DNA of 64,000 nt, taken from contig NIVC01002670.1 of assembly GCA_002269645.1 (NCBI GenBank), positions 62,001 to 126,000 of the forward strand, written 5' to 3'. The translations under genes and the position numbers were made by a program. The stretch's first letter is position 1; every line of letters starts with the position of its first letter. Under the pieces are notes generated by a model. That model saw only the letters and a program-made list of their open reading frames with translations, had not been told where the DNA came from and made no database searches. Shown one piece after another: positions 24,157 to 44,099 of the stretch. This stretch comes from Macrostomum lignano (lineage: Eukaryota).

Positions 24157-25459
24157 TCAAAGGTCATTGTTTATTTCAACATCGCCGCCGCCCTCGCTTC
24201 GATGAATCTTGGCGTGCTTGGCAAGACCTGAACAGTCGTAGAAGGCTTTGCCGCAGTCGCTGCACTCGAAAGGCCGTTCGCCAGTGTGCAGGCGCATATG
24301 CATGCGCAGGTAGTCTTTGCGAACGAATCGTTTAGCGCATACTAAGCAGACGTGCGGCTTCTTGCCCGTATGGTTGCGCATGTGACGCGCCAGGGCCGAG
24401 TTGTAGGAGAATCGCTGGCCGCAGCGGTTGCAGGAGAATGGCTTGACGCCGACGCCGCTGCTGGTGCCGATGCTCAAGCCGCTGACAGAGTTGGCTGCCA
24501 AGGACTGAGCGAGTCGCCGCTGGCGCTGCAGCGGATCCAACGGACGAGAAAGTGGCGGAGGTGGAGGCCGCGGCGGTGGCGACGGCGGCGGAGGTGACGG
24601 TGGCGACAGAGGCGGCAACAGAAGCTGCTGCGGAGGCGGAGGCGGTGACGGGGGAAGCTCGGGAGGCGGATGGGCGACAGCGGCGTGCCTGGCCAGGGAG
24701 GCCTCGTCGCGGAATCGCTTGCCACAATTTGGACAGGGCAGAAATCTTGGCGGCGGCAATGCCGAAGCGAGCGCATGCTGGCGCTGATGCTGCTGCTGCT
24801 GCCCCAGGCTGCCTCCAGCGGCTGCCGAGGAGTGCTTCTTCTGGTGCGCTTTCAGGTGTTCGCGGCGAGGAAAGCGCCGATCGCACAGGCTGCAGGCGTA
24901 AGGCATTTCGCCCGTGTGACTGCGCCGATGCCGGACCAGGCTGGACCTGGCCGTGAAGGTTTTGCCGCACTCGTTGCAGGTCAGGTGCTGCTGGCGCCGG
25001 CGCCCGAGGATGACAGCGCGCGGAGACTGCGGCATTTGCAACGGAGGCGGCGGCGGCGGAGGCGGTGATGGCGGTGGCATTGGCTGATGCTGCCGCGACA
25101 GTGACGGCGGCCGCTGGCCCTCTAGAAGCGGAGGCGGAGAAAGCGAAGGCTGCGGAGGCGGCGGCGGTGAAGCCGGACAATGCAGAGTCGACTGTTGCTG
25201 CTGCTGCTGCTGCTGTTGTTTTCGTTGTTGTTGTTGCTGTTGCTGCTGCAAGAGGCTGTCGTCTCCGTTGACGGCGAGCAGCTGGACCTCCAGCTCGGCC
25301 GCGGAGTCGGCGCACATCTCTAGGAAGCCCAGTCTGAGGCAGGGATCGTCGTCAAAGTCGCTGTTAGCCCAGGTGTTCCAGCACCCGATGCCCAGGCAAC
25401 GGAGACGTCGCCGTTGCCATCGCTGTCGCCGTTGCTATTAGCTGAATTGCCGTTGCCAT
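24157..25459 (-). CDS. C2H2 zinc-finger protein with poly-Q and poly-P tracts (six fingers in 2+1+3 clusters)
   Basis: ORF 25317-24157 has CNECGKTF...HRRSHTGEMPYACSLC, CPNCGKRF...H and KPFSCNRC...HTGKKPHVC...HTGERPFECSDC. An upstream Kozak ATG at 25459 joins in frame if one base of the G run at 25391-25393 is removed. Confidence 0.85.
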
Positions 25460-25612
25460 GGTGACCGTTGACGGCCGGCAGTGGCGGCAACGATGGTTCG
25501 GTCTGGAACTTGTGGGTTGATATTTGTAAAAATAGAACACCATCTACGTATCTTTATACGGCAGGGAAAATTATTTAAAATTAGTTTGTAAAAATGGATT
25601 CTATAGGAATTC

Positions 25613-25945
25613 ACAGACATACCAGACACTGCAGGCACACCGTAAGACAGACATAACAGACACTGCAGGCACACCGTAAGACAGACATACCAGACACTGC
25701 AGGCACACCGTAAGACAGACATACCAGACACTGCAGGCACACCGTAAGACAGACATACCAGACACTGCAGGCACACCGTAAGACAGACATATCAGACACT
25801 GCAGGCACACCGTAAGACAGACATATCAGACACTGCAGGCACACCGTAAGACAGACATATCAGACACTGCAGGCACACCGTAAGACAGATATATCAGACA
25901 CTGCAGGCACACCGTAAGACAGACATATCAGACACTGCAGGCACA
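25613..25945. repeat. 34-bp tandem repeat
   Basis: cagacactgcaggcacaccgtaagacagacata(c/t) units. Confidence 0.95.
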
Positions 25946-26196
25946 CTGTAAAGACAGAAAGCACCATAAAGCATACAACAGTAAAACACACAGATACAGA
26001 CGCAAGGCAGACAAAACAGAGAGTGGGTTTTATTAAAGACTAACTGTAATAATCGCAGTAAAAAAATAAGCTGAAACACAGCACTTCCCAAGAGATTGTA
26101 AATCTGCATTTGATTTATTAAAGTAAACCTCAAGCTCGTGGACAGTGCACGATACAAGCTTACACAAAAATGCCAGGATAAGAACGCTATAAAAAG

Positions 26197-29040
26197 CTAT
26201 CTAACAAAGTCCAGCACTAATTCCACGTGGCGGCAATTTGGGAACAGATCGATAGGCTGGCAGCTGGCCAATCGGAATGGCCGGCCCGAGCCTTCAGGCA
26301 TCAGCAGGCGGAGGAAATTGTCGGTCGGCTGGCCCTCCGGCCGGCAGGAGATGTACACTATTCGGTCAACGGTCGGGCAGGCTCGGATTGCGGACACCGA
26401 GGCGTCGTCAAGGCCGTCGCGGGCCGGGTTCAGCACGCAGCAGACGCTGTCAGCAGAGAAGCAGCTGTCAATAGCTGACAGGCGATTAGCAAAGAAGGTG
26501 GCAGCGTCCTCGCAGTGATATTGAAATGCGTTGCTAGGCAACCCGTTTAGCCTGGCGTTGTCAAGAGCGTCACGCACGGCGGACTGGTTGGAGTCGAAGC
26601 CGATTAGCTGGTCGAATTGCCGACTGTCGAACAGCACCTGGCCGACGACGCCGGTGCCGCAGAAGGCGTCTATAAGCAGACGGCGGCGTGGCGGCGATGA
26701 CGGGGGCAGCTCCGCAGCCAGCAGCTGGCGCAGGTAGCCGTACAGGGTCTCAGCAGCTACCGTGTTGTTCTGAAAAAACGAATGCGGCCGAACTTTGAAG
26801 CGCCGGTCCAGCAGGCGCTGGTGCAGCGAGTCGCGGCCGAATAGGTGTCGCGGCTCCACAGGCTGGAAGCAGTTACTGCTGGCCTGGCTGTAGCCAGACA
26901 CCAGGTTGAGGCCGGAGCGGAGCACCGCCGGGAAGAACTGGCGAGTCTGCAAATTAACACGTTGACATGCTAGACTAGAAGCTTTACAGGCTCGAATTGC
27001 TATTGAGAGAGACTTTCCGATAGGACATAATAAAAACGGCATTGAAATTGGCTCCAAATTTATTGTTAATTAGCAAATTTTCATGCACGGAAAGCTTATT
27101 ACCGTTTTCCTTAGTTCCAGTCTAGGCATCAAGAAAGGGTCTGTAGCTAGACAGGGCATAGCTATCGAGAGGTAAGACCATAAGGAGGCCATGACCCCCC
27201 AATCGTCTGGAAAAGTAATTGACGCCCCTTTGTACTCCTTTGGCGCTCCTAGTGCTGGTGTCCCCTGGTGCTGGTGTCCCCTGGTGCTGGTGTCTCCTGG
27301 CGCTGGTGTCCCTGATGCTGGTGTCCCCTGGTGCTGGCGCCCCTGGTGCTGGTGTCCCCTGGTGCTGGAGTCTCCTGGCGCTGGTGTCCCCTGGTGCTGG
27401 CGCCCCTGGTGCTGGTGTCTCCTGGCGCTGGTGTCCCCTGGTGCTGGCGCCCCTGGTGCTGGCGCCCCTGATGCTGGTGTCCCCTGGCGCTGGCGCCCCT
27501 GGTGATGGCGCCCCTGGTGATGGTGCCCCTGGTGCTGGTGTCCCCTGGTGCTGGCGCCCCTGGTGCTGGTGTCCCCTGGTGCTGGCGCCCCTGGTGCTGG
27601 CGCCCCCGATGCTGGTGTCCCCTGGCGCTGGCGCCCCTGGTGATGGCGCCCCTGGTGCTGGCGCCCCTGGTGCTGGCGCCCCTGGTGCTGGCGCCCCTGG
27701 TGCTGGCGCCCCTGGTGCTGGCGCCCCTGGTGCTGGCGCCCCTGGTGCTGGCGCCCCTGGTGCTGGCGCCCCTGGTGCTGGCGCCCCTGGTGCTGGCGCC
27801 CCTGGTGCTGGCGCCCCTGGTGCTGGCGCCCCTGGTGCTGGCGCCCCTGGTGCTGGCGCCCCTGGTGCTGGCGCCCCTGGTGCTGGCGCCCCTGGTGCTG
27901 GCGCCCCTGGTGCTGGCGCCCCTGGTGCTGGCGCCCCTGGTGCTGGCGCCCCTGGTGCTGGCGCCCCTGGTGCTGGCGCCCCTGGTGCTGGCGCCCCTGG
28001 TGCTGGCGCCCCTGGTGCTGGCGCCCCTGGTGCTGGCGCCCCTGGTGCTGGCGCCCCTGGTGCTGGCGCCCCTGGTGCTGGCGCCCCTGGTGCTGGCGCC
28101 CCTGGTGCTGGCGCACAGTAAAAAAAAATTTCCCGCCACAAATTAACACTAGAGCTTCACCAAGTTAAGCAGAGTTGGTCTCGGTTAGTATGCACTTGAG
28201 TAGGTTTCTTGTGTTACTCCCCAATAAACGAGTGGCACATTAAACGGAGCTCAAGACCACCCTGCTGGGATGGGGTATAGCAGCTCAGAGCTGACGTAGG
28301 CACACTGGGTGGCAGTTGTAGCCCCAACAGACATTTCTATCAACCGCACTAACCAGCTCAGACAGTAGCCGAGCCTCGGCCCCAGCTGGCAGCTGTCCGT
28401 GGTAGCAAACCTCCAGCATCAGCTCGTCATCGTGATTAGTCCTGGCAACCAGGCCGGCCCAGGCCCCGTCTGGTTTCCTATGCTTATCGTAGGGATCGAA
28501 TTGACTCTGGCCGCTGCGCAGGAAATCGGTGAATAATTGAAATACTCTGGCATGAATCGGGCAGGTGCTAGCCAGGTGTTCAACGCTGAATCCGACTCGG
28601 CGGTGCGGGAAGCCGGGCTCGAACATTCGCACCTGCATGCTGTGACCAACCAGCGGCCAGCCGTCCGGGTCGAACAGCACCGACGCGCTGTTCCGGTTGC
28701 GGCGCCACCAACCCCGGCCAGGCGGGTGCAGCACCGGTGGCACCGGGCACAGGGCTTCAGCTCGGCTGCCACCCTCGGCCTCGCCGCTGCGTAGGCAATT
28801 GGTTAAACGGCCTATTAGGGCCGCTACTCGGCGATGCTTGAGCTCAAGTTGAGCAGTGTAGGGCAGCGGCTGCAACGGCTGCACGTGCTGTCGGATTCGA
28901 TCGTGAGGCCTGGCCACCCTGGACAGGACCGGGGAGGCGCGGAACGGCCGGCGCAGACAGCCGGCAGATGCGGGCACCGCGGCATCCAGACAGGCCGCCA
29001 CTGCGCTACCTGCGACTGATGCTGTTGCTGCCGCTGCCGA
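26197..29040 (-). CDS. TRMT2: tRNA (uracil-5-)-methyltransferase, TRMT2A/B (RlmD/TrmA) family; 5' end unresolved
   Basis: The exon from about 29040 to 28306 (VQPLQPLPYTAQLELK) splices in phase 0 to exon 26946-26197. That exon has HSFFQNN, LLIDAFCGTG (SAM motif I), NPARDG, IVYISC and DLFP...HVE. The A versus B paralogue cannot be resolved. Confidence 0.88.
27252..28114. repeat. Intronic 15-bp GC-rich tandem repeat
   Basis: ggcgcccctggtgct units, with a long perfect core and degenerate left part. Confidence 0.95.
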
Positions 29041-29074
29041 CTGGAGGTACGAAAATAAGTTGTTAGATAAAGTG

Positions 29075-30972
29075 TGGTGCTGACACTAATGAACCTAACT
29101 ATAGTGTGGTGCTGACACTAATGAACCTAACTATAGTGTGGTGCTGACACTAATGAACCTAACTATAGTGTGGTGCTGACACTAATGAACCTAACTATAG
29201 TGTGGTGCTGACACTAATGAACCTAACTATAGTGTGGTGCTGACACTAATGAACCTAACTATAGTGTGGTGCTGACACTAATGAACCTAACTATAGTGTG
29301 GTGCTGACACTAATGAACCTAACTATAGTGTAGCACTGACACTAATGGACCTAACTATAGTGTAGCACTGACACTAATGAACCTAACTATAGTGTAGCAC
29401 TGACACTAATGAACCTAACTATAGTGTAGCACTGACACTAATGAACCTAACTATAGTGTAGCACTGACACTAATGAACCTAACTATAGTGTAGCACTGAC
29501 ACTAATGAACCTAACTATAGTGTAGCACTGACACTAATGGACCTAACTATAGTGTAGCACTGACACTAATGAACCTAACTATAGTGTAGCACTGACACTA
29601 ATGGACCTAACTATAGTGTAGCACTGACACTAATGAACCTAACTATAGTGTAGCACTGACACTAATGAACCTAACTATAGTGTAGCACTGACACTAATGA
29701 ACCTAACTATAGTGTAGCACTGACACTAATGAACCTAACTATAGTGTAGCACTGACACTAATGAACCTAACTATAGTGTAGCACTGACACTAATGAACCT
29801 AACTATAGTGTAGCACTGACACTAATGAACCTAACTATAGTGTAGCACTGACACTAATGAACCTAACTATAGTGTAGCACTGACACTAATGAACCTAACT
29901 ATAGTGTAGCACTGACACTAATGAACCTAACTATAGTGTAGCACTGACACTAATGAACCTAACTATAGTGTAGCACTGACACTAATGGACCTAACTATAG
30001 TGTAGCACTGACATTAATGGACCTAACTATAGTGTAGCACTGACACTAATGGACCTAACTATAGTGTAGCACTGACACTAATGGACCTAACTATAGTGTA
30101 GCACTGACACTAATGGACCTAACTATAGTGTAGCACTGACACTAATGGACCTAACTATAGTGTAGCACTGACACTAATGGACCTAACTATAGTTTAGCAC
30201 TGACACTAATGGACCTAACTATAGTGTAGCACTGACACTAATGGACCTAACTATAGTGTAGCACTGACACTAATGGACCTAACTATAGTGTAGCACTGAC
30301 ACTAATGGACCTAAGTATAGTGTAGCACTGACACTAATGGACCTAACTATAGTGTAGCACTGACACTAATGGACCTAACTATAGTGTAGCACTGACACTA
30401 ATGGACCTAACTATAGTGTAGCACTGACACTAATGGACCTAACTATAGTGTAGCACTGACACTAATGGACCTAACTAAAGTGTAGCACTGACACTAATGG
30501 ACCTAACTATAGTGTAGCACTGACACTAATGGACCTAACTATAGTGTAGCACTGACACTAATGGACCTAACTATAGTGTAGCACTGACACTAATGGACCT
30601 AACTATAGTGTAGCACTGACACTAATGAACCTAACTATAGTGTGGCACTGACACTAAAAGACCCAGTTGGAGTGTGGCACTGACACTAAAAGACCCAGTT
30701 GGAGTGTGGCACTGACACTAAAAGACCCAGTTGGAGTGTGGCACTGACACTAAAAGACCCAGTTGGAGTGTGGCACTGACACTAAAAGACCCAGTTGGAG
30801 TGTGGCACTGACACTAAAAGACCCAGTTGGAGTGTGGCACTGACATTTAAAGACCCAGTTGGAGTGTGGCACTGACACTAAAAGACCCAGTTGGAGTGTG
30901 GCACTGACACTAAAAGACCCAGTTGGAGTCTGGCACTGACACTAAAAGAGCCAGTTGGAGTGTGGCACTGAT
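29075..30972. repeat. 1.9-kb 32-bp tandem array with ordered variant blocks
   Basis: actgacactaatgaacctaactatagtgtagc variants, switching at about 30650 to tgacactaaaagacccagttggagtgtggcac. Confidence 0.95.
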
Positions 30973-31752
30973 ATAGTAATTGAAGCGAATGAAGCCAACT
31001 GAAAGCCGTGTATAAACAATAAAATCACGATAGACGGCTTTCTGCAATTCGAAGCTATTGAAATCCGTGTAAACAGCGAATGGCCTGCTTATTAATACAT
31101 TTTTAATACAAAAAATTGGAGACACGAAACAGATTACAAGAAAGACACAAAAAGACTGCCACAATTAACTGGAGTATAGAACATTAATTTTGTTAATAAA
31201 TCTTTGCCTATTTTTATATTGATATTAGAGTAACTAAATCATTCATTTCCAAACATGCATAATAATTAACAGATGGAAATAAAAAACGGTAGAAAAAAAT
31301 GGAAATGCTTTCCTCGTGTTTTTTCAAGAGAATTTAATAGTAAATTTCATTGTGCAACAGAATTAAGTATTGTTACCTTTTAGCATAATGAGTTGAGTAA
31401 ATACTGCATGTCGTACAATAAGACTGCAAGATTCCCCCGATAAAGTTTCAAGATTCTTGCTTTTCAAAATCTTGTCCCTGCCGGAGTGCTCAGCAAGACT
31501 GGCCATTTTAGCACTGCTTTGCAATGACTCAGAGCAGAGTTTTATAGCAGAAAAGGGAGGAGGCACTTATTGTGTATAAATACTTGGCTGTTTATTATAA
31601 TAAAGCTTGCTGCAGCCCAATTGGGCCTATGCGCATTGAATTTAATCCAAGATACTCGTATGTTTGCCAATGTAACGGAGTTTCTGTCTATGGTTGCAAG
31701 GCTGGCACCTCTTTAGAACTCAGGACTGCATCATCCAAGTACGACTTCCGTA

Positions 31753-32118
31753 CATGGATGAATGAATAGAATGGATTGCTGTTCTGGCTCTGGCTATTTT
31801 CGTTTTTGACTCTTTTGCATCCGGTTCCCCCCCGTGCCTTTTCATTGGTTGATGATTGCCATGGACAGTTTTCGGCCTTCGCCCCTTTCTTTCGATGCAC
31901 AAGCGCTTTCTTGTTAGTAAATAGAAGTTACTTGTGTTGAAATTGAACTTTGTTGAAATTCTCAGTTCTTTGCGCTTGAAAGAAAGGGGCGAAGGCCGAA
32001 AATTGTCTATGGCAATCATCAACCAATGAAAAGGCACGGGGGGGAACCGGATGCAAAAGAGTCAAAAACGAAAATAGCCAGAGCCAGAATAGCAATCCAT
32101 TCTATTCATTCATCCATG
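31753..32118. mobile_element. 366-bp MITE with about 140-bp TIRs and 8-bp TSD (P-element-like or hAT-like termini)
   Basis: Arms CATGGATGAATGAATAG...CTTTC (31753-about 31893) and their reverse complement (about 31977-32118). TSD CTTCCGTA at 31745-31752 and 32119-32126. Confidence 0.9.
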
Positions 32119-33040
32119 CTTCCGTAGAACTTTTCTTAGAAAATTTCGGTTTCTTAGAAAACTCAGATTTTTACAAACAAAGCTTTACAAAATCAGTATA
32201 TCATTATTTTTTTGTCGAATAATGAAAACTTCCCATCCCTGCAGTGTACTTTTCGCGCAATACCGGGCCCAAAAATGCCTTCGAAGAAAGAGGTTTCTTT
32301 AGTCCCCTTCTAGTTAAGTAGTCCTTGCTATCATTCATAGACTACAGAAATATAAGCGGACAAAAAGGGTAGCCTTGGATGCCCTTGGATTTTAGCTCAA
32401 GCGGGTTAACTCAGTCCCCTCCGGTTCTGACATTAGACAAAAAATTGCAAGCTAATATGATTAGAATTCGTCAAACTCAAACAAAAATATTCTTTAAAAA
32501 CATGTTTTGCAAAAAATCTGCAAAGAGACAGTGGCAAAATAATCGGCAAAAGTACTCGCAATATGAAGGGGAAGAGTCACCACTGTTCTCAAATAGATGA
32601 GTCTCACAACAAAGCATTAACCATATCAGTTCCGAAAAAACTTCAACACTGTACACCTATTTAACCTTCAAATGATTTTAACGGGAAAATTTGTTTGCAC
32701 TTACCTAAAAGAGATTTGCTAAAAACTCACATTGTTACTTGCGAGTAGGCGCGCGCGCGCGTAACAAGCGGCAACGCGTCCTAACCCTCAAACCTAGGTT
32801 CCTGGGTTCGAATCCGCAGACCAATGCAGTAAAATTAACTTGGCGTTTACAGAGGGACTGCTGCTGGTCTTGGTTTAATTAAGCGCCCATGAAGGCTAGT
32901 GTTAATTGAATTAATACCATCAAGCCTGTCAATATCATAATCAAAAAGTACATTAAAACGCTTATTTCTTTTCCAGGCAAAAAGACGACGATAAAAAATG
33001 TATGGAGTTAAAGCAAAAATCCGACTAGCGCAGACAGAGC

Positions 33041-39943
<6,903 letters not shown>

Positions 39944-40454
39944 GGCATATATGAATGGCTGCAATCTTTTATCATGCCCGGCAGACTGAAATAATTGCAT
40001 TGATTAGCGGCTTTGCTTTAAGTGAAACAATAATTCAAAACTTATGGTTTGACTGAATGATTTGTAACAACTAACAATCCGCGGTTGCGATATAAAGATA
40101 TCAGTTTCAGCAATTTATGTACATGCATAATAATTTTTTACATAACAGGTGCGCCGAAGTGTAAAACAGAATATATCAAACTAATGATGAAAATAAAATG
40201 AAAATATATAGCAGTTTGTAAAAAACTTCTTTACTATACAGTTATAATACAAACTACTTCAAACCTTAAACTATACAGCTTAATTAGCTTAATTAGGAAA
40301 AAGGAAAGTCAAATTCAGACTACAAGAATAGGATAAAAATGCCTAAAGTTGTGTTCCTAAAACAAGTTTTAACATTGCAGAAACACAGTATAATAGCAAC
40401 TTTTGGACAAACGTGACATAGCAAACTGGCACTGGCAGTGCAGCACGCATTTTA

Positions 40455-40745
40455 CTGATCAAGTGAAAATTACCATAGACTATAGGGCCATAACTGGCTG
40501 ATCAAGTGAAAATTACCATAGACTATAGGGCCATAACTGGCTGATCAAGTGAAAATTACCATAGAGTATAAGCCCATATCTGGCTGATCAAGTGAAAATT
40601 ACCATAGACTATAGGCCTAGATCTGGCTGATCAAGTGAAAATTACCATAGACTATAGGCCTAGATCTGGCTGATCAAGTGAAAATCACCATAGACTATAG
40701 GCCTAGATCTGGCTGATCAAGTGAAAGTTACCATAGACTATAGGT
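40455..40745. repeat. Intergenic 43-bp tandem repeat
   Basis: ctgatcaagtgaaaattaccatagactatagggccataactgg units. Confidence 0.9.
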
Positions 40746-41096
40746 CATGTGCACACTTGCATTAATCAAAGTTTGCTCGCATTAGATATAGTAAGAAGCA
40801 AGGCAATCACTAGATTGTTTTTTAATACCACAATCGGCATAAAAACCCATGTTTATTTCCCTGATAAATAAATAAAGAGAATACGAGCTATACAATTGTT
40901 AAATATTATCTAAATGGATAAAAAAGAATGCCACTAGTCACTAAATAATTATCACTAAACTGAAGCAATTTTTGTTTGGAAAATGCTCTTTTGTCCTAAA
41001 AAATAAATTTTTAAATAATTCTAATAAGAAGACAATTATAAAACAGATTAAATCCCCTCCGATTCTCCCAGATTGATGACTTCATTTAAAAGCGGC

Positions 41097-43888
41097 TTAA
41101 TCGCGCCACCAGAATTGCAAATCGCCGTCAAGCGAACCCGTAGCGACGACGCCATCCCGACAGCTGACCGAGACGGCGTTGGGCCAGCCGGCCAGCGGCC
41201 TGGGCGGCAGAGTGGCCAAATAGGCCTGCATTGGGTGCCGCTCCCGGCAGACCAGCACCGCACCGTCGGGCGAATCGATGCAGGTCACATTGTTGCCGAC
41301 TCCTAGTTTCTGATGCTGTTGCTGTTGCTGCTCCTGCTGCACCGAATCGCTACCAACAAACTCGGCGGCGTCGAGATCGGCAGCGAACGAGCTGGCATCG
41401 ATGAGGCGGCAGTGACGGCGGCACCAGTTGAAGCAGCGAATACCGCCGTGCTGTACGGCGCCCCAGATCTGTCTGGTGTCGCCGGCGTCGCCTGCCGGCT
41501 GTTGGCTGGACAGACAGCGGAGGTAGCGGGATCGGCCAAGGCTGAACTGCTGGACAGGCTGGCTCAGGCTGGCTCTGAGGTCCGTCACGCATACGTTGGT
41601 GTCTTCGCCTGCGTGAGCGGGGCGACTTTGCATTGGATACTGGAGACTGGGATTTATAAGGCAAAATATCCCAGATTAGCATTAGAAAGGCGATTTTTTC
41701 TCGGAATTAGGTGATTTTCTGTCGGGATTGAAATCTCTCCGGGTATTTTAATGGCGATTTCTCTCAAGATTGGCGGGCGATTTTCTCTCGAAACTGGGGG
41801 GGAAGCAAATTAATCTCGTGATTAGGGAGTGGCGATTTTCTCTCGAAATTGGGGGGGAGGCAATTTAATCTCGTGATTAGGGAGTGGCAATTTTCTCTCG
41901 AAATTGGGGGGGAGGCAATTTAATCTCGTGATTAGGGAGTGGCGATTTTCTCTCGAAATTAAAGGGGGGAAGCAATTTAATCTCGTGATTAGGGAGTGGC
42001 GATTTTCTCTCGAAATTGGGGGGGGGGGAGGCAATTTAATCTCGTGATTAGGGAGTGGCGATTTTCTCTCGAAATTGGGGGGAGGCAATTTAATCTCGTG
42101 ATTAGGGAGTGGCGATTTTCTCTCGAAATTGGGGGGGGGGAGGCAATTTAATCTCGTGATTAGGGAGTGGCGATTTTCTCTCGAATTAGGGGCGATTTTC
42201 TCAGAGAATTAGGGGCGATTTTCTCAGAGAATTAGGGGCGATTTTCTCACAGAGTTAGGGGCGATTTTTTCTTAGGATTAGGGGCGATTTTCTCCTGGAA
42301 TTAGGGGCGATTTTCTCCTGGAATTAGGGGCGATTTTCTCTCGGGATTAGGAGATTTGCTCTCGAGATTAGGGGAGGGGGGGCGATTTCCTCTCGAAATT
42401 GGGGGGGGGGTGGGAATTTTCTTTCGAAGTGGGGGGATAAATTGCTGATATTGCTGTGAAAAAAATTAACTAAACAAGCCAGCCTGTGCATCAATGAATA
42501 TGCTTAACAAGACTCACCCGCGGTGAGCAGGTAGTGATCCGACAGCGGCAGCACGCACAGCACTGGCCTGGAGCTGTGCACCGTGACTCGCCGCCTTGTA
42601 TCGCGAATATCTCTACAGTCAAGCACGTAGGCGCTCCGATCGAAGCAGCCGGCCAGGGCGACGTTCTTCCCCAGCCAGGCGGTGCACAGGACCGGGCTGC
42701 CCAGCATCACGGCATCGGCCAGCTGGGCGGGGTGCAGGGCAAACCGGCGCAGCACCCGGTCCCAGCATCCCGTCAGCACCGAGTCCTCGTGGGCCGCCAC
42801 GCTCCAGATCCAGCCGCGGTGGTGCTGCCGGTCACGGTAGGAGAAGCAATCCGCGTCCGCGGCGCCCGACCGGATGCCGCGCAGCGACACCAGCCCGAAC
42901 GTCTGCATGGGATGGAAGACAGGGAGTCGCTGATGGATGAAACAGAAGCATTTACCGAAGACGCAGGCCATCCGTGATGCGAGTTTTTGTTTGTGTTTTT
43001 AATTATTGAGGAAGGCTTTGGGAATTTTCCGCCGAGCTCTAAGCAGGCACACAAAGGGTGCACATCGGCCTGGGGTTCTCATTGTCAGGCATGTCAGGTC
43101 CAAAATTAATGAAGGCCCACCATGTGCGGAATCGAACCCAGGGTCTAGCTATTGTGCGAGGCGACAGATTCAGACGCTCTGATACCCGGACCCGAAACTG
43201 AGCTTGAGATTGCAACCCAATTTTCGAGCTTATAATTTTCGAGTTTGTAAAAGTTGACCAATGCGAGTTTCGGCATTCCAATCCGAAGGCAGCCACTCGC
43301 CTGATCGCGGCTGCCAACGGCGGCCAGCCCGCAGCTGCTGGGCAGCAATTGCAGCGCGTCGATGCACACCCCGATGCCGTACTGCATCCGCCGGTGCCTG
43401 GAACGCGACGGATCGCCAAACCGGTCGATTGCCGTCTCCAGGGCTGTACACCGTCTGCGCCAACGATGCCCGTCGTCAAGATCGTCGACATCCCCGCCGC
43501 CGCCGCTGCCACCGTCAGCAGCGTCTTCGGCAGAGTTGATGGAGGAAGTCGACGACAACTCGTCGGGTAGGCGAAATCGCCGAGGCGCTCCGGCTTCTTC
43601 TTGAACGGCTCCGTCGCAGATCTCGCCTGCGCCCGGCAGCTGGCGGCTGTGCAGCAGGCGACGGACGCGCATCTGCCAGAAGACGCGACTGCCAAGCAGC
43701 TGGCGCATCCGCTGGCAGGTGGCGCTCAACTGGGCGACGGAGCGGCAGTCCAGGTGGCCGCACAGGCGCTCAATTAGTTCAACGGGCAAGCGGATTAGCT
43801 GGCTATTATCAAGCGTATCGATTGCGTTGCCGGGCAAATTCTCTTTGTTACTATTGTCACTGGGCGTTGAACGCACGAGAGCCGTCAT
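41097..43888 (-). CDS. FBXW9: F-box/WD40 protein, FBXW9-like (3 coding exons: 43888-43301, about 42902-42518, 41608-41097)
   Basis: F-box LIRLPVELIERLCGHLDCRSVAQLSATC. WD motifs GSRDQ, HRGWIWSVAAHEDSVLTGCWD, LTAGED and VVATGSLDGDLQFW. The symbol is based on recalled similarity. Confidence 0.75.
41780..42410. repeat. Intronic about 55-bp tandem repeat with variable G runs
   Basis: gcgattttctctcgaaattgggggg...gcaatttaatctcgtgattagggagtg units. Confidence 0.9.
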
Positions 43889-44099
43889 GTTAAATTTACT
43901 GATGAGTAATCTTATAGGACAGCAGCTATCGGCGGTAGCTGCCGCACATGAAGGCGGTTGAAAATTGAAAATCCATCATCAAACTGTAAAAATAGTCTAT
44001 GGCTATTGTAGCAAATAATTGGCGAACTGGGTCAGTTACTCGTACTTCTACAGCTTCTAATGAGTTCAAAAAACAAGCCGCAGTCTTGTTGGAAACATC

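Noticed and set aside
27070-28149. 300-360 aa ORFs in several frames (GAPAP, GRQHQ, VLAPL repeats) resembling collagen- or elastin-like proteins
   Set aside because: They are read-throughs of a 15-bp stop-free repeat inside a TRMT2 intron whose flanking exons join in phase without it.
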